Origin: Deltaproteobacteria bacterium
GTDB taxonomy: Bacteria; Desulfobacterota_D; UBA1144; Nemesobacterales; CSP1-2
Reading direction: 5' to 3'
Length of the DNA: 64,000 nt
NCBI GenBank assembly: GCA_052390235.1
Contig: JBQTHB010000002.1
Span: 256,001-320,000, forward strand
Shown here: piece by piece, positions 37,645 to 48,700 of the stretch
Position numbering within the stretch: position 1 is the first letter of the stretch
How the letters are laid out: every line of letters begins with the position of its first letter
Notes under the pieces: model-generated
Database searches by the model: none
What the model was told of the DNA's origin: nothing
Seen by the model: the letters and a program-made list of their open reading frames with translations, nothing else
Position numbers and translations under genes: made by a program

Positions 37645-39729
37645 TCAATCGGCTTCATCGCCCGGCGCCTCTGCGCTGCGAACCTCGCTCTGTAGCCTGT
37701 ACAGGCTCTCGTAAATCCCGCCTTTGCGCGCTAGAAGCTGCGCGTGGTTGCCAGATTCGGCGACCTCCCCTCTGTGAATCACTATGATTTCATCGGCGCG
37801 TTTGATATTCGACAGCCTGTGCGCGACGATGATTGTCGTTCTATCGGATGAGGTTTCCCTCAGAAATTCCCTGATGTTCAGCTCGATTTCGGCGTCAATG
37901 TGAGAAGTGGCCTCATCGAGTATGAGAACCTTCGCCCGTTTGGACAGGGCTTCTTTGAGGGATTGAATCTGTTTCTCGCCTGAGGACGCTGTGCCTCTTG
38001 CGCTGAATAATTCCCCGCTCCCGTTCAATCGGCGGTTAAATTCGCCGTCCTGCGAGTGGTGCCCATTGCTGGCGTTTCTGCCAAAGATGAATACATCTTG
38101 GAATACAGCAGATATTTCGGAGCGCAGAAATTCCGGGTCTAAGTCTCGAATGTTGACCCCGTCAAAGAGGATTTCTCCGCGCTCTATGTCGTAGAGTTTC
38201 AGTATGAGATTGACGATGGTGGTTTTCCCTGAGCCTGTGAGTCCGACGAAGGCGAGAGTTTTCCCCGGAGTTGCCTTGAATGATACGTTTTTCAGTATCC
38301 AGTCCCGCCCGTTGTAGGAAAACCATACGTTTCTGAACTCCACCTCGCCCCTTGCCCCCTCGACTCTGCCCTCCGGGCGGGCTTCGGACTTGGCGTGGGC
38401 GAGGTCGTAGAGGTTCTCGGAAGCCGCTATTGCCGACTGGAATATGTTATATCTCTCTGCAAGCTCAAGTATCGGCTTAAAGAGCATTTTTATGTAGGCG
38501 AGATAGGCGATGAGCGCGCCTAGCGTGAGGTTTAGGTCCAGCACCCTAAGCCCCCCGTACCAGACGATGAGCGCCACCGTGGAGATGCTGATGAATTCGA
38601 TTATTGGCCTGAAAGTGGCGAAGGCAAAGAGCTGGTCCATGTTGGCGGTGTAGTTCTCGAGGTTAACCCTGCGAAATCTCTCGAAATTTTCCTGCTCCTT
38701 GTTGTAGAGCTTAATTAAAACTACCCCCCTGACGCTCTCCTGCACGAAGGCGTTTAGCTGGGCTACGGTTTTTCTCAAATTCCTATAGACCGTCTTTAAT
38801 CTCATCCTAAAGAGCCAGGCGATGACCCCGAGCAGCGCAGTGATGCCGAGGATGAACAGCGTGAGCGGGCGGTTCATGTAAAACATCACCCCCAGCACTC
38901 CGGCGATGACGAGAATGTCTTTGAAAAACTGCACCGAGACCGAGGTGTACATCTCGTTTATGGCGTTAATGTCATTTGTAACCCGCGTGGTGAGCCTGCC
39001 CACGGGGTTTTTATCGAAGAACGGCTGGGGGAGGCTCAGGATTTTGGAGAACATCTCAACTCGCATCTGGTGCATTATTCTCTGCCCCGTGTAGTTGAGA
39101 ATATAGGTGTAGAGCGAGCTGAATAGGAAAACACCCGAAAGGGCGAGGAGCAGTAAAAGGGCAAGCTCCGCGACTGCTCTTAATTCGTCTCCTCTAAGCA
39201 GGGCGATGTCGTCTCCATCGAATTTGGAGACTGCCTCGTAGTCGGCATAATAAATCCCGTCCGCGCGCTTGAATGCCCCCCCGTATTTTTCGATGACCCT
39301 GAGGATTTCCGACTGTTCAGTAGCCTCAAATTCCGCCGGATTTACCGCTAAGAATTTTGCTTTAGAGAGGTATCCCCGTTTTTCGAGGTCTGTTTTGTCC
39401 TCGGTTTCTATCGCCGATATATCAATGAGCGCCGCCCCTTCGCCGAGGTTGACGATAAATGGCGGGTAGTCGCGCCTTAGCCGAGCTTCAAACGAGGCGG
39501 CATCGGAGGGGAACCTGGCCTCTCGCCACCTGGGATGGACGTAGCCGTCAACCGCGACCTTGGTGATATAAGGCACGGAAAGCTCCATTGCCGCTGTGAT
39601 AATCATAAAAATAAACGACAGCGTCATAAACCCGGCGTAGGGCTTGGCGAAGGCGCGAAGCCAGAGGATTATTTTTATATCATAGGTTTTTGCCTCTCTC
39701 TTCTCGGCGTCGGATTCAATTAAGCTCAA
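37645..39729 (-). CDS. ABC exporter subunit (TMD+NBD) of heterodimeric TM287/288-like pair
   Basis: GLTGSGKT, DEATS, AHRLS; shortened helical subdomain; large first periplasmic loop. Confidence 0.88.
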   Translation of the reverse strand: MSLIESDAEKREAKTYDIKIILWLRAFAKPYAGFMTLSFIFMIITAAMELSVPYITKVAVDGYVHPRWREARFPSDAASFEARLRRDYPPFIVNLGEGAALIDISAIETEDKTDLEKRGYLSKAKFLAVNPAEFEATEQSEILRVIEKYGGAFKRADGIYYADYEAVSKFDGDDIALLRGDELRAVAELALLLLLALSGVFLFSSLYTYILNYTGQRIMHQMRVEMFSKILSLPQPFFDKNPVGRLTTRVTNDINAINEMYTSVSVQFFKDILVIAGVLGVMFYMNRPLTLFILGITALLGVIAWLFRMRLKTVYRNLRKTVAQLNAFVQESVRGVVLIKLYNKEQENFERFRRVNLENYTANMDQLFAFATFRPIIEFISISTVALIVWYGGLRVLDLNLTLGALIAYLAYIKMLFKPILELAERYNIFQSAIAASENLYDLAHAKSEARPEGRVEGARGEVEFRNVWFSYNGRDWILKNVSFKATPGKTLAFVGLTGSGKTTIVNLILKLYDIERGEILFDGVNIRDLDPEFLRSEISAVFQDVFIFGRNASNGHHSQDGEFNRRLNGSGELFSARGTASSGEKQIQSLKEALSKRAKVLILDEATSHIDAEIELNIREFLRETSSDRTTIIVAHRLSNIKRADEIIVIHRGEVAESGNHAQLLARKGGIYESLYRLQSEVRSAEAPGDEAD

Positions 39730-41474
39730 TGGGGTTTCTCCGGCAGCGGGTCGTCGTCGAGGGTCTGCACGCGGTAGAGTTTGGCGTATAGCCCGTCCCG
39801 CGCCATGAGTTCTTCGTGCCGCCCGGACTCGGCTATGATGCCTCTATCGAGAACGGCTATGCGGTCGAAGCCGCTAATGGAAGGCACCCTGCTCGATACG
39901 GCAACGAGAGTCCCGGCGCGCATCAGCTTTTTCAATTCTCCCAGAAGCAGGTTTTCGGTTCTCACATCGAGGGACGAGAGCGCGTCGTCTAGCACAAGCG
40001 CGTCCGGCTCAAGCAGAATCGCCCTCGCTATGGCGATTCTCTGCCTCTGCCCTCCGGAGAGGCTCAGTCCCCGCTCGCCGACTCTGGCGTCGAATCCCCC
40101 AGGAAATCCCATTATATCGTCATAAATTTGGGCGGCTTTGGCGGCGCGCTCTATGTCTGAGTCCTGTAGTCTCGGATTCATGAACGAGATATTATCCCTA
40201 ACCGTGCCGCTGAAAACCGTTGTCTCCTGAGGGATGAACACCACTGCCCGTCCTAGGCTCTGTTTCGATATGGCTCTGACGTCATAGCCGCCAATGAGAA
40301 TACTGCTCTCGTCGGGGAGGTGTTCGATTTTCACAAGCAGGCGAAGCAGAGCGCTTTTGCCAGAACCTGTGCCGCCCACGATGGCGAAGGATTTTCCCTG
40401 AGGGATGGACAAATTCACCCCGCGCAGAACCTTTGACCCGTTGTAGGAGAAATTCACATTGCGCAGCTCAATCCCCCCGCCGCCGCCGCGCGCGATGTTT
40501 ATTCCCCCGTCTATGGGAGCTTCCTCCGGCTTTGTGCGGAGTATGTTGTTGATTCTCTCAAGCGAGGCGTTCCCGCGTTTTATCATATCCACTGCCCAAG
40601 CCATAGCCGTCATAGGCCATGCGAGCATCCCGATATAGATTAGGATAGCGACGAAATCCCCTAGGGTAATGCCTCCCGTAACGGCGCTTCTGCCACCCGC
40701 CCAGAGGAAAATCACAACCCCCGTGCCTGCAATGAAACTTATGAGCGGCTGATACACCCCCCAGATTCGGATGAGGTTGAGATTGCTCCTCATGTACTCG
40801 TTGCTCGCGCGGTCGAAATCACGAATCTCGGCGCTCTCTGCTACGGCGGCTTTGACGACTTTTATGCCGGCTATTGAGGCTCTCGCGCTCTCCGTGAGGG
40901 CTGAGAATGCGCTCTGCACCCCTGCGAAACGCTCTTCGATGGCTCTGCCGAATTTAATTATTAAAAAGCACAGTACGGGAAATGGGATAAACGCCCAGAG
41001 CGCGAGTGCGGGCGAGACGTAAATCATTGCGGCGAGAATGAATACGAGGAGCAGTAATCCGTCGTAGGCGATGATGACACCGATGCCGCACGCCATTTTG
41101 ATAGCCTCTATATCGTTTACGGTATGCGCCATGAGGTCTCCGGTTTTCCTCTCGGAGAAGAAATTGAAGGGCAGAGTCTGTAGGTGTTTAAAGAAGCTGT
41201 CTCTTAGGGCAAGCTCGATTTTTCTTGACGCGCCGAGGAGGAAATACCGCCAGAAGAATCGAAATACCGACATCACGAGGGCAATGCCAACTATGTAGAG
41301 GGCGTATGTCGAGATGCCGCTCCCGCTGTCGGCGACTAGGCTGTCAATGACCTTTTCTATGATGAGTGGTATGGACAGTTGGCACAGATCCACAACGGTC
41401 AGGGCGAGGAATCCGAGGAGTATCGAATATCTATAATCGAGGAGAAGAGAGGTGAGGGTTTTTTCCCTGTTCAT
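39726..41474 (-). CDS. ABC exporter subunit (TMD+NBD) with degenerate Walker B/H-loop
   Basis: GGTGSGKS, LSGGQRQR, LDDALS, VSSR; start MNREK. Confidence 0.9.
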   Translation of the reverse strand: MNREKTLTSLLLDYRYSILLGFLALTVVDLCQLSIPLIIEKVIDSLVADSGSGISTYALYIVGIALVMSVFRFFWRYFLLGASRKIELALRDSFFKHLQTLPFNFFSERKTGDLMAHTVNDIEAIKMACGIGVIIAYDGLLLLVFILAAMIYVSPALALWAFIPFPVLCFLIIKFGRAIEERFAGVQSAFSALTESARASIAGIKVVKAAVAESAEIRDFDRASNEYMRSNLNLIRIWGVYQPLISFIAGTGVVIFLWAGGRSAVTGGITLGDFVAILIYIGMLAWPMTAMAWAVDMIKRGNASLERINNILRTKPEEAPIDGGINIARGGGGGIELRNVNFSYNGSKVLRGVNLSIPQGKSFAIVGGTGSGKSALLRLLVKIEHLPDESSILIGGYDVRAISKQSLGRAVVFIPQETTVFSGTVRDNISFMNPRLQDSDIERAAKAAQIYDDIMGFPGGFDARVGERGLSLSGGQRQRIAIARAILLEPDALVLDDALSSLDVRTENLLLGELKKLMRAGTLVAVSSRVPSISGFDRIAVLDRGIIAESGRHEELMARDGLYAKLYRVQTLDDDPLPEKPH

Positions 41475-41708
41475 TGCCGCAGGTTCGCTTAAGTTATCGC
41501 TCGATGATAATAATACCCGAAACGCAAATCCGCTGTGTGAGCGGCGCAATCCCCGCCTGTTTTGAGGGCAGACCCCAAATATCTAAAGCGCACTCATCAG
41601 GGGGCGGGGTTCGGCGAGCTAACATTTCATATATTTCTGATGCCCGGCGATTTATCTTCATGTATAATTAGCCGTGATTCGCTGTTTTCAAAGGAGGAAT
41701 CTTAGGCA

Positions 41709-42455
41709 ATGGAATTGATTTCTGACCCTCAAATATGGATTGCGCTTCTCACGCTCACGACGCTTGAAATCGTTCTCGGCATAGACAACATCATCTTCAT
41801 CTCCATTCTCACGGGCAAGCTCCCTGCAGGCGAGCAGGCTAGGGCGAGAACCATCGGGCTTGCGCTGGCTATGATAATGCGGATTTTGCTACTCTTCTCC
41901 CTAGCTTGGATAATGCGGCTTACCGCGCCGATATTCACCGCGCTGGGAAATGAAATTTCGGGGCGCGATATAATTCTGCTCGTCGGCGGGCTTTTCCTGC
42001 TCGCGAAAAGCACTTACGAGATTCACGAGAGGCTTGAGGGGGAAGAAGCCCATTCCACGGGGGGCGGCACGGCGACATTTACAAGCGTCATTGCGCAGAT
42101 AATACTGCTCGACCTCGTGTTTTCGCTCGACTCCGTAATTACGGCTATCGGCATGGTTGATCAGTTTTGGATCATGGTAACGGCTGTGATTGTAGCTGTG
42201 GGCGTGATGATGGTATCGGCAAGGGCGGTAAGCGAATTCGTACACCGACACCCCACGGTAAAGATGCTCGCTCTAAGTTTCCTCCTGCTTATTGGGGTGA
42301 GCCTCATAGCCGAGGGGCTTGACCAGCACATTCCGAAGGGCTATATCTATTTCGCCATGGCGTTTTCGGTGTTGGTCGAGATGCTGAATCTAAAGGTGAA
42401 GGGCAAGAGAGCCGAGCCAGTGAAACTGCGCGAACCCTACTCGGAGGATAAGTAA
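41709..42455 (+). CDS. TerC family membrane protein
   Basis: LEIVLGIDNI, DLVFSLDSVITA, IPKGYIYFAM. Confidence 0.93.
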   Translation: MELISDPQIWIALLTLTTLEIVLGIDNIIFISILTGKLPAGEQARARTIGLALAMIMRILLLFSLAWIMRLTAPIFTALGNEISGRDIILLVGGLFLLAKSTYEIHERLEGEEAHSTGGGTATFTSVIAQIILLDLVFSLDSVITAIGMVDQFWIMVTAVIVAVGVMMVSARAVSEFVHRHPTVKMLALSFLLLIGVSLIAEGLDQHIPKGYIYFAMAFSVLVEMLNLKVKGKRAEPVKLREPYSEDK

Positions 42456-42463
42456 TGGGAAAG

Positions 42464-42491
42464 GGCGCGGCGTCAATTCAACGCCCGCGCC
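42464..42491. terminator. GC-rich hairpin between terC and the CRISPR trailer
   Basis: GGCGCGGCGT-CAATTCA-ACGCCCGCGCC; lacks a clear U-tract. Confidence 0.4.
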
Positions 42492-42510
42492 GGATTCTCT
42501 AGGGCTATGG

Positions 42511-42540
42511 CTTGGGAGCTTTATTAGATAGGCTAAGAAC
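42511..42540 (-). CRISPR. Degenerate terminal (trailer) CRISPR repeat
   Basis: TAGATAGGCTAAGAAC matches 15 of the last 16 nt of the consensus repeat; the other half has decayed. Confidence 0.8.
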
Positions 42541-42541
42541 T

Positions 42542-42697
42542 TTACTTCTGCCGAACAATCTCCAACACCCTACCTAAAAACCTCTTCATTGTTATGAGGG
42601 GGGAGGAGTACTTTAATAAACTCTTACTCCCCACAAGAATTACTTCATGCCTTACCTTCCCAGCTCTTAGCTTCTCAGCCCGTTTTACTAGTATCAT
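42542..42697 (-). CDS. Small basic ORF (51 aa) inside oversized trailer spacer
   Basis: AGGAG RBS 5 nt before ATG; MILVKRAEKLRAGKVRHEVILVGSKSLLKYSSPLITMKRFLGRVLEIVRQK*. Confidence 0.5.
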   Translation of the reverse strand: MILVKRAEKLRAGKVRHEVILVGSKSLLKYSSPLITMKRFLGRVLEIVRQK

Positions 42698-42788
42698 TTG
42701 TTCTCCTATGTTTATAATTTGTAAATGAGTGCAACGCCTCTAGCGTGATTGCCAGTTGAAACAATTGAAACTCCTCCTCTGTCTCCCC

Positions 42789-45700
42789 GTTTCAATCCCT
42801 TATAGGTAGGCTAAGAACTCGCGGTACTCGGCTAATTCCCGACCTACCCAGAAATGTTTCAATCCCTTATAGGTAGGCTAAGAACATGAGTCTCAAGGGC
42901 TTGCCCCGACTAGAGGGGCGGCAGTTTCAATCCCTTATAGGTAGGCTAAGAACCAACTTTTCCCCCGAAGGGGCATAAAAACATTCTGAGGTTTCAATCC
43001 CTTATAGGTAGGCTAAGAACGAGGCTGTTGCCCGACATTGGGTTATCGATGTCCCGGGTTTCAATCCCTTATAGGTAGGCTAAGAACGCGAGTCAGAATT
43101 GATTACCTTCCAACTAGTTCTGGTTTCAATCCCTTATAGGTAGGCTAAGAACTCATGCAGGTATTGGAGTACAAGGCGAAATTTGGGGGGTTTCAATCCC
43201 TTATAGGTAGGCTAAGAACCTCTTGCCACGTGGCATGAGGTTATCTGGGACCGGTGTTTCAATCCCTTATAGGTAGGCTAAGAACGGATCGCCGAAGCAT
43301 CGGGGTGGTTTGTATTTACGTAGTTTCAATCCCTTATAGGTAGGCTAAGAACGCACCTGCCACACTGCCAACATAGACGCAAGTCCTGTTTCAATCCCTT
43401 ATAGGTAGGCTAAGAACGCAGGCTATCGCCGACCAGCAGTATCAGAGACTATAGTTTCAATCCCTTATAGGTAGGCTAAGAACTCGCGGCTATGTCTGCG
43501 GAACGTAGGTTATCCTCCGTTTCAATCCCTTATAGGTAGGCTAAGAACCGGCGTCATGCCGGATAAGGAAGCGGCGTCCCGCCAGTTTCAATCCCTTATA
43601 GGTAGGCTAAGAACCATTTCGTGAGTACGGCAGTAGCCGTACTCGTTAAAGTTTCAATCCCTTATAGGTAGGCTAAGAACTTTTTTTTTTTGCGGGAGGC
43701 AGCGCTCCCGCTCGCATGTTTCAATCCCTTATAGGTAGGCTAAGAACTTTGTGCAAATTTGCACAAGTTGTGTTTTACTGCTCCGTTTCAATCCCTTATA
43801 GGTAGGCTAAGAACCGCTCCACTCCCCGCGAATGTAAAAATCTTTCTTTGGTTTCAATCCCTTATAGGTAGGCTAAGAACGAGTGGAGCGGTGACCGAGG
43901 GGAACCTCGGTACGTTCTGTTTCAATCCCTTATAGGTAGGCTAAGAACACTGGGTGAGTTCTATTTCATGCAGAATTACGAAGAGTTTCAATCCCTTATA
44001 GGTAGGCTAAGAACCCCCACTATCCTCTTCCACTCCGTCCCCGGACTCGTGTTTCAATCCCTTATAGGTAGGCTAAGAACTTTTGGAAGCAATCGTTACG
44101 ACGGCGGAAGCCGTCAGTTTCAATCCCTTATAGGTAGGCTAAGAACCGGAGGTCCGGTGGCGAGTGGGAAGTGCTGGATGTGTAGTTTCAATCCCTTATA
44201 GGTAGGCTAAGAACAAAAGTCTTTTTTAATAAACATGAACCCTCCTTTGTGGTTTCAATCCCTTATAGGTAGGCTAAGAACCGTGCTTACCACCACCCCC
44301 AAAGGGGGGCTTGAATCGTTTCAATCCCTTATAGGTAGGCTAAGAACCGTTTACCGCCGCGTACGATTGCCCGTCTGTTATATTGTTTCAATCCCTTATA
44401 GGTAGGCTAAGAACCGGGTGGTTTACTTTTATGCGGATTATTTTTGTACGTTTCAATCCCTTATAGGTAGGCTAAGAACCCGCACCACTCACCGCGAATG
44501 TAAAAATCTTTCTTCGGTTTCAATCCCTTATAGGTAGGCTAAGAACCAACGGTTACAAATATAAGACCCGTCGAAGGTTCATGTTTCAATCCCTTATAGG
44601 TAGGCTAAGAACATTTAAAACTGCTCTTATTGCCGGGAAAAGAGCCCGGGTTTCAATCCCTTATAGGTAGGCTAAGAACGCGGACAAAGGGAGAGAAAAA
44701 ACTCCTCCCGTTTAGCGTTTCAATCCCTTATAGGTAGGCTAAGAACTACGACCCCTTCGTAACCTCTTACCCTCCCAACCCCGAGTTTCAATCCCTTATA
44801 GGTAGGCTAAGAACTTTCTTTCTCCCTATACTCCGTGGTAAGAATATAGGGTTTCAATCCCTTATAGGTAGGCTAAGAACCCCGGGTGGTTTACTTTTAT
44901 GCGGATTATTTTTACAGTTTCAATCCCTTATAGGTAGGCTAAGAACTGTTTCTCTCCACATTCGATACACCCTTGCGGTTAATGTTTCAATCCCTTATAG
45001 GTAGGCTAAGAACGACGTCTAGGGGTGTATGTAGATGGGGGTTTATAACAGTTTCAATCCCTTATAGGTAGGCTAAGAACTTGTGCAAATTTGCACAAGT
45101 TGTGTTGTACTGCTCCGTTTCAATCCCTTATAGGTAGGCTAAGAACCGTAGGTTATCCGTTTGGGTCGGGGGCATCGCGGAAGGTTTCAATCCCTTATAG
45201 GTAGGCTAAGAACTAAAAATCTTCCGCCCCTCCGGGAGGGGCGTTGGTGGTTTCAATCCCTTATAGGTAGGCTAAGAACAATTAAAAAAATGGCTAGCTT
45301 TAGAGACCCGGGTCTCGTTTCAATCCCTTATAGGTAGGCTAAGAACCAGATTATCCACCTCCCCCAAAGGGGGGAATGAATCGTTTCAATCCCTTATAGG
45401 TAGGCTAAGAACAAAATCCCAACAATGCGAGCGGGAGCGCTGCCTCCCGGTTTCAATCCCTTATAGGTAGGCTAAGAACTAGTGATTATTTCCGAGTGGG
45501 ACAAGGAGGTTCCGCCGTTTCAATCCCTTATAGGTAGGCTAAGAACAGGATAAAGAAAAATTTGGGGCTGACCCCACCCCGGGTTTCAATCCCTTATAGG
45601 TAGGCTAAGAACAAGGAGGTGTCAATGTTTACAAAAAAAGATTTTTACCGTTTCAATCCCTTATAGGTAGGCTAAGAACGGTATTTCCCGCCGTACAGGT

Positions 45701-48700
45701 ACAGTCGCACCACGGCGTTTCAATCCCTTATAGGTAGGCTAAGAACTTTCTCTAGCATCACGACATCTCCTCACTATTCTTTTGTTTCAATCCCTTATAG
45801 GTAGGCTAAGAACGAAAACATCGAACGGTGTAGGCGTATCCCCGTTCTGAGTTTCAATCCCTTATAGGTAGGCTAAGAACAGACTTCGATACCATCAATT
45901 CTGCACCCGATGTTATGTTTCAATCCCTTATAGGTAGGCTAAGAACTCCAAGATTACACCACCACCTATAGCAACCCCCGCTTGTTTCAATCCCTTATAG
46001 GTAGGCTAAGAACTATCAGACAGCCTCCGCTCCGAAGGATGGCTTCTGGAGTTTCAATCCCTTATAGGTAGGCTAAGAACGTACCGGCAAGGTTTCCGTG
46101 CTTGTTTGAGGAGTTCAAAGTTTCAATCCCTTATAGGTAGGCTAAGAACCTCCCTTGTCGAGGTTAGAGGGTTATTAGCCGAGGGGTTTCAATCCCTTAT
46201 AGGTAGGCTAAGAACCCATAATTCCATCAGACACCTCAAATATCTTTTTCGTGTTTCAATCCCTTATAGGTAGGCTAAGAACTCTTGGATAAGGTACAGC
46301 CTAGCTTTGCGAACGCAGTTTCAATCCCTTATAGGTAGGCTAAGAACTATATCTCTTTCTTCATTTTAGGATTTTCCATATTAGTTTCAATCCCTTATAG
46401 GTAGGCTAAGAACTGGTGAGCTATGATAGCGAGCGCAAGAGATTCTATCGTTTCAATCCCTTATAGGTAGGCTAAGAACTTCCTCATTTATTTATCTCCT
46501 TTGTTTTTGTTATCTGTTTCAATCCCTTATAGGTAGGCTAAGAACACAGACGTCATACGAATAAACATCTATTTGGCTTTTGTTTCAATCCCTTATAGGT
46601 AGGCTAAGAACAAGCGAGAATCTCCTTTCGCTCCGCAGACAGCCTTGGTTTCAATCCCTTATAGGTAGGCTAAGAACCTGACAAGAAGAAGAAGAAGGGG
46701 GTGAAGTAATGAGTTTCAATCCCTTATAGGTAGGCTAAGAACCCCGGCAACGAGTGCCATTTTAAATTCTGCCTCCGGTTTCAATCCCTTATAGGTAGGC
46801 TAAGAACTCTTGGCTAGTCTGGCTCAGTCCGACCCTTCTCTCACGTTTCAATCCCTTATAGGTAGGCTAAGAACGCTTATTGCCCGTCGGATAACTCGCG
46901 CCAGTGAAAACGTTTCAATCCCTTATAGGTAGGCTAAGAACTATTAGAGCATCGTTTTTGTATAGTATCGAGAGGTTCGGTTTCAATCCCTTATAGGTAG
47001 GCTAAGAACGGGATAGAGAGAAAGAAATAAGAGTTCGCAAGCCGAGTTTCAATCCCTTATAGGTAGGCTAAGAACGAGAGGTGTAGGCAGGTTATTTCGT
47101 GCATCTCTGCGAAGTTTCAATCCCTTATAGGTAGGCTAAGAACGAGCCAGGCACGGCGGGGCAAGCGGGCGGGCGGTGGTTTCAATCCCTTATAGGTAGG
47201 CTAAGAACGCGCGCCCCGCTCGCTCCGCACTTTCGGTTGCTCCGGCGTTTCAATCCCTTATAGGTAGGCTAAGAACTAGGCTTATGTTCCTTAGCCGATT
47301 TGTACTTACCATGTTTCAATCCCTTATAGGTAGGCTAAGAACGAACACGGCGGTAACGCTAGATGCCGGCAATACAGATATGTTTCAATCCCTTATAGGT
47401 AGGCTAAGAACTGGTGAGCTACGATACCGAGCGCAAGAGATTCTATAGTTTCAATCCCTTATAGGTAGGCTAAGAACAATTGAACCACAAATCAACTATC
47501 AGGCTGATATATTCGTTTCAATCCCTTATAGGTAGGCTAAGAACCGACGCCCTGAGAAAACGGCTTTATATACGTATCCTTGTTTCAATCCCTTATAGGT
47601 AGGCTAAGAACTTGTTTGCGTTGTCGTATTCTGTACCGAGGGAACAGTTTCAATCCCTTATAGGTAGGCTAAGAACGCGGTCTAGCCACTGAGTCCGAGA
47701 TTGCCTCGTTGTTGTTTCAATCCCTTATAGGTAGGCTAAGAACGCAAGAGGGTAGGGAGATGATGATTTCCGTTGCCAGTTTCAATCCCTTATAGGTAGG
47801 CTAAGAACTTCGGAGAGGAGCTTAGAATCTGGGGTATGTTCCGGTGTTTCAATCCCTTATAGGTAGGCTAAGAACCCCCCCGCTCGCGCGCTCCTACTTC
47901 CTTCTTATTTGTTTCAATCCCTTATAGGTAGGCTAAGAACGTTGAAGGCTTGGCAGGAGTTTGTCGAAAAGAATAGGTTTCAATCCCTTATAGGTAGGCT
48001 AAGAACGGGAGGATGCAAAAACGACTGGAGTCTAACAACTTCCGTTTCAATCCCTTATAGGTAGGCTAAGAACCTATCGAAGAATTTCAAAAGTATATCC
48101 AAGAGGGAAAGTTTCAATCCCTTATAGGTAGGCTAAGAACGGGAGGGGGAGGGCGGAGTCGGCTTCATCTTCGGCGGTTTCAATCCCTTATAGGTAGGCT
48201 AAGAACGGTTTGAGCAAGGAGCTATGAAAGCCGTTCGGAACGGTTTCAATCCCTTATAGGTAGGCTAAGAACGCACTAGGGAAAGACATAGCTAGGCGCA
48301 AAGAAGCGAGTTTCAATCCCTTATAGGTAGGCTAAGAACTCGTATTCTGTACCGAGGGAACACAATAAGGCACAATAGTTTCAATCCCTTATAGGTAGGC
48401 TAAGAACAAGCCCTTTGGGAGTAATGTAATCATCGGGGATTCTGGTTTCAATCCCTTATAGGTAGGCTAAGAACTGAATATAGTTGACGGGCAATCGTAC
48501 GCGGCGGTAAAGTTTCAATCCCTTATAGGTAGGCTAAGAACGAGATAAGAACTGTACGTCCGTCTGGCACATGGAAAGTTTCAATCCCTTATAGGTAGGC
48601 TAAGAACAGGGCTAGAGGCTCAGTTTATCCCTTTTGAGCTACCGTTTCAATCCCTTATAGGTAGGCTAAGAACGCGTTGTGAATAGGCGAAATCGCGGAA

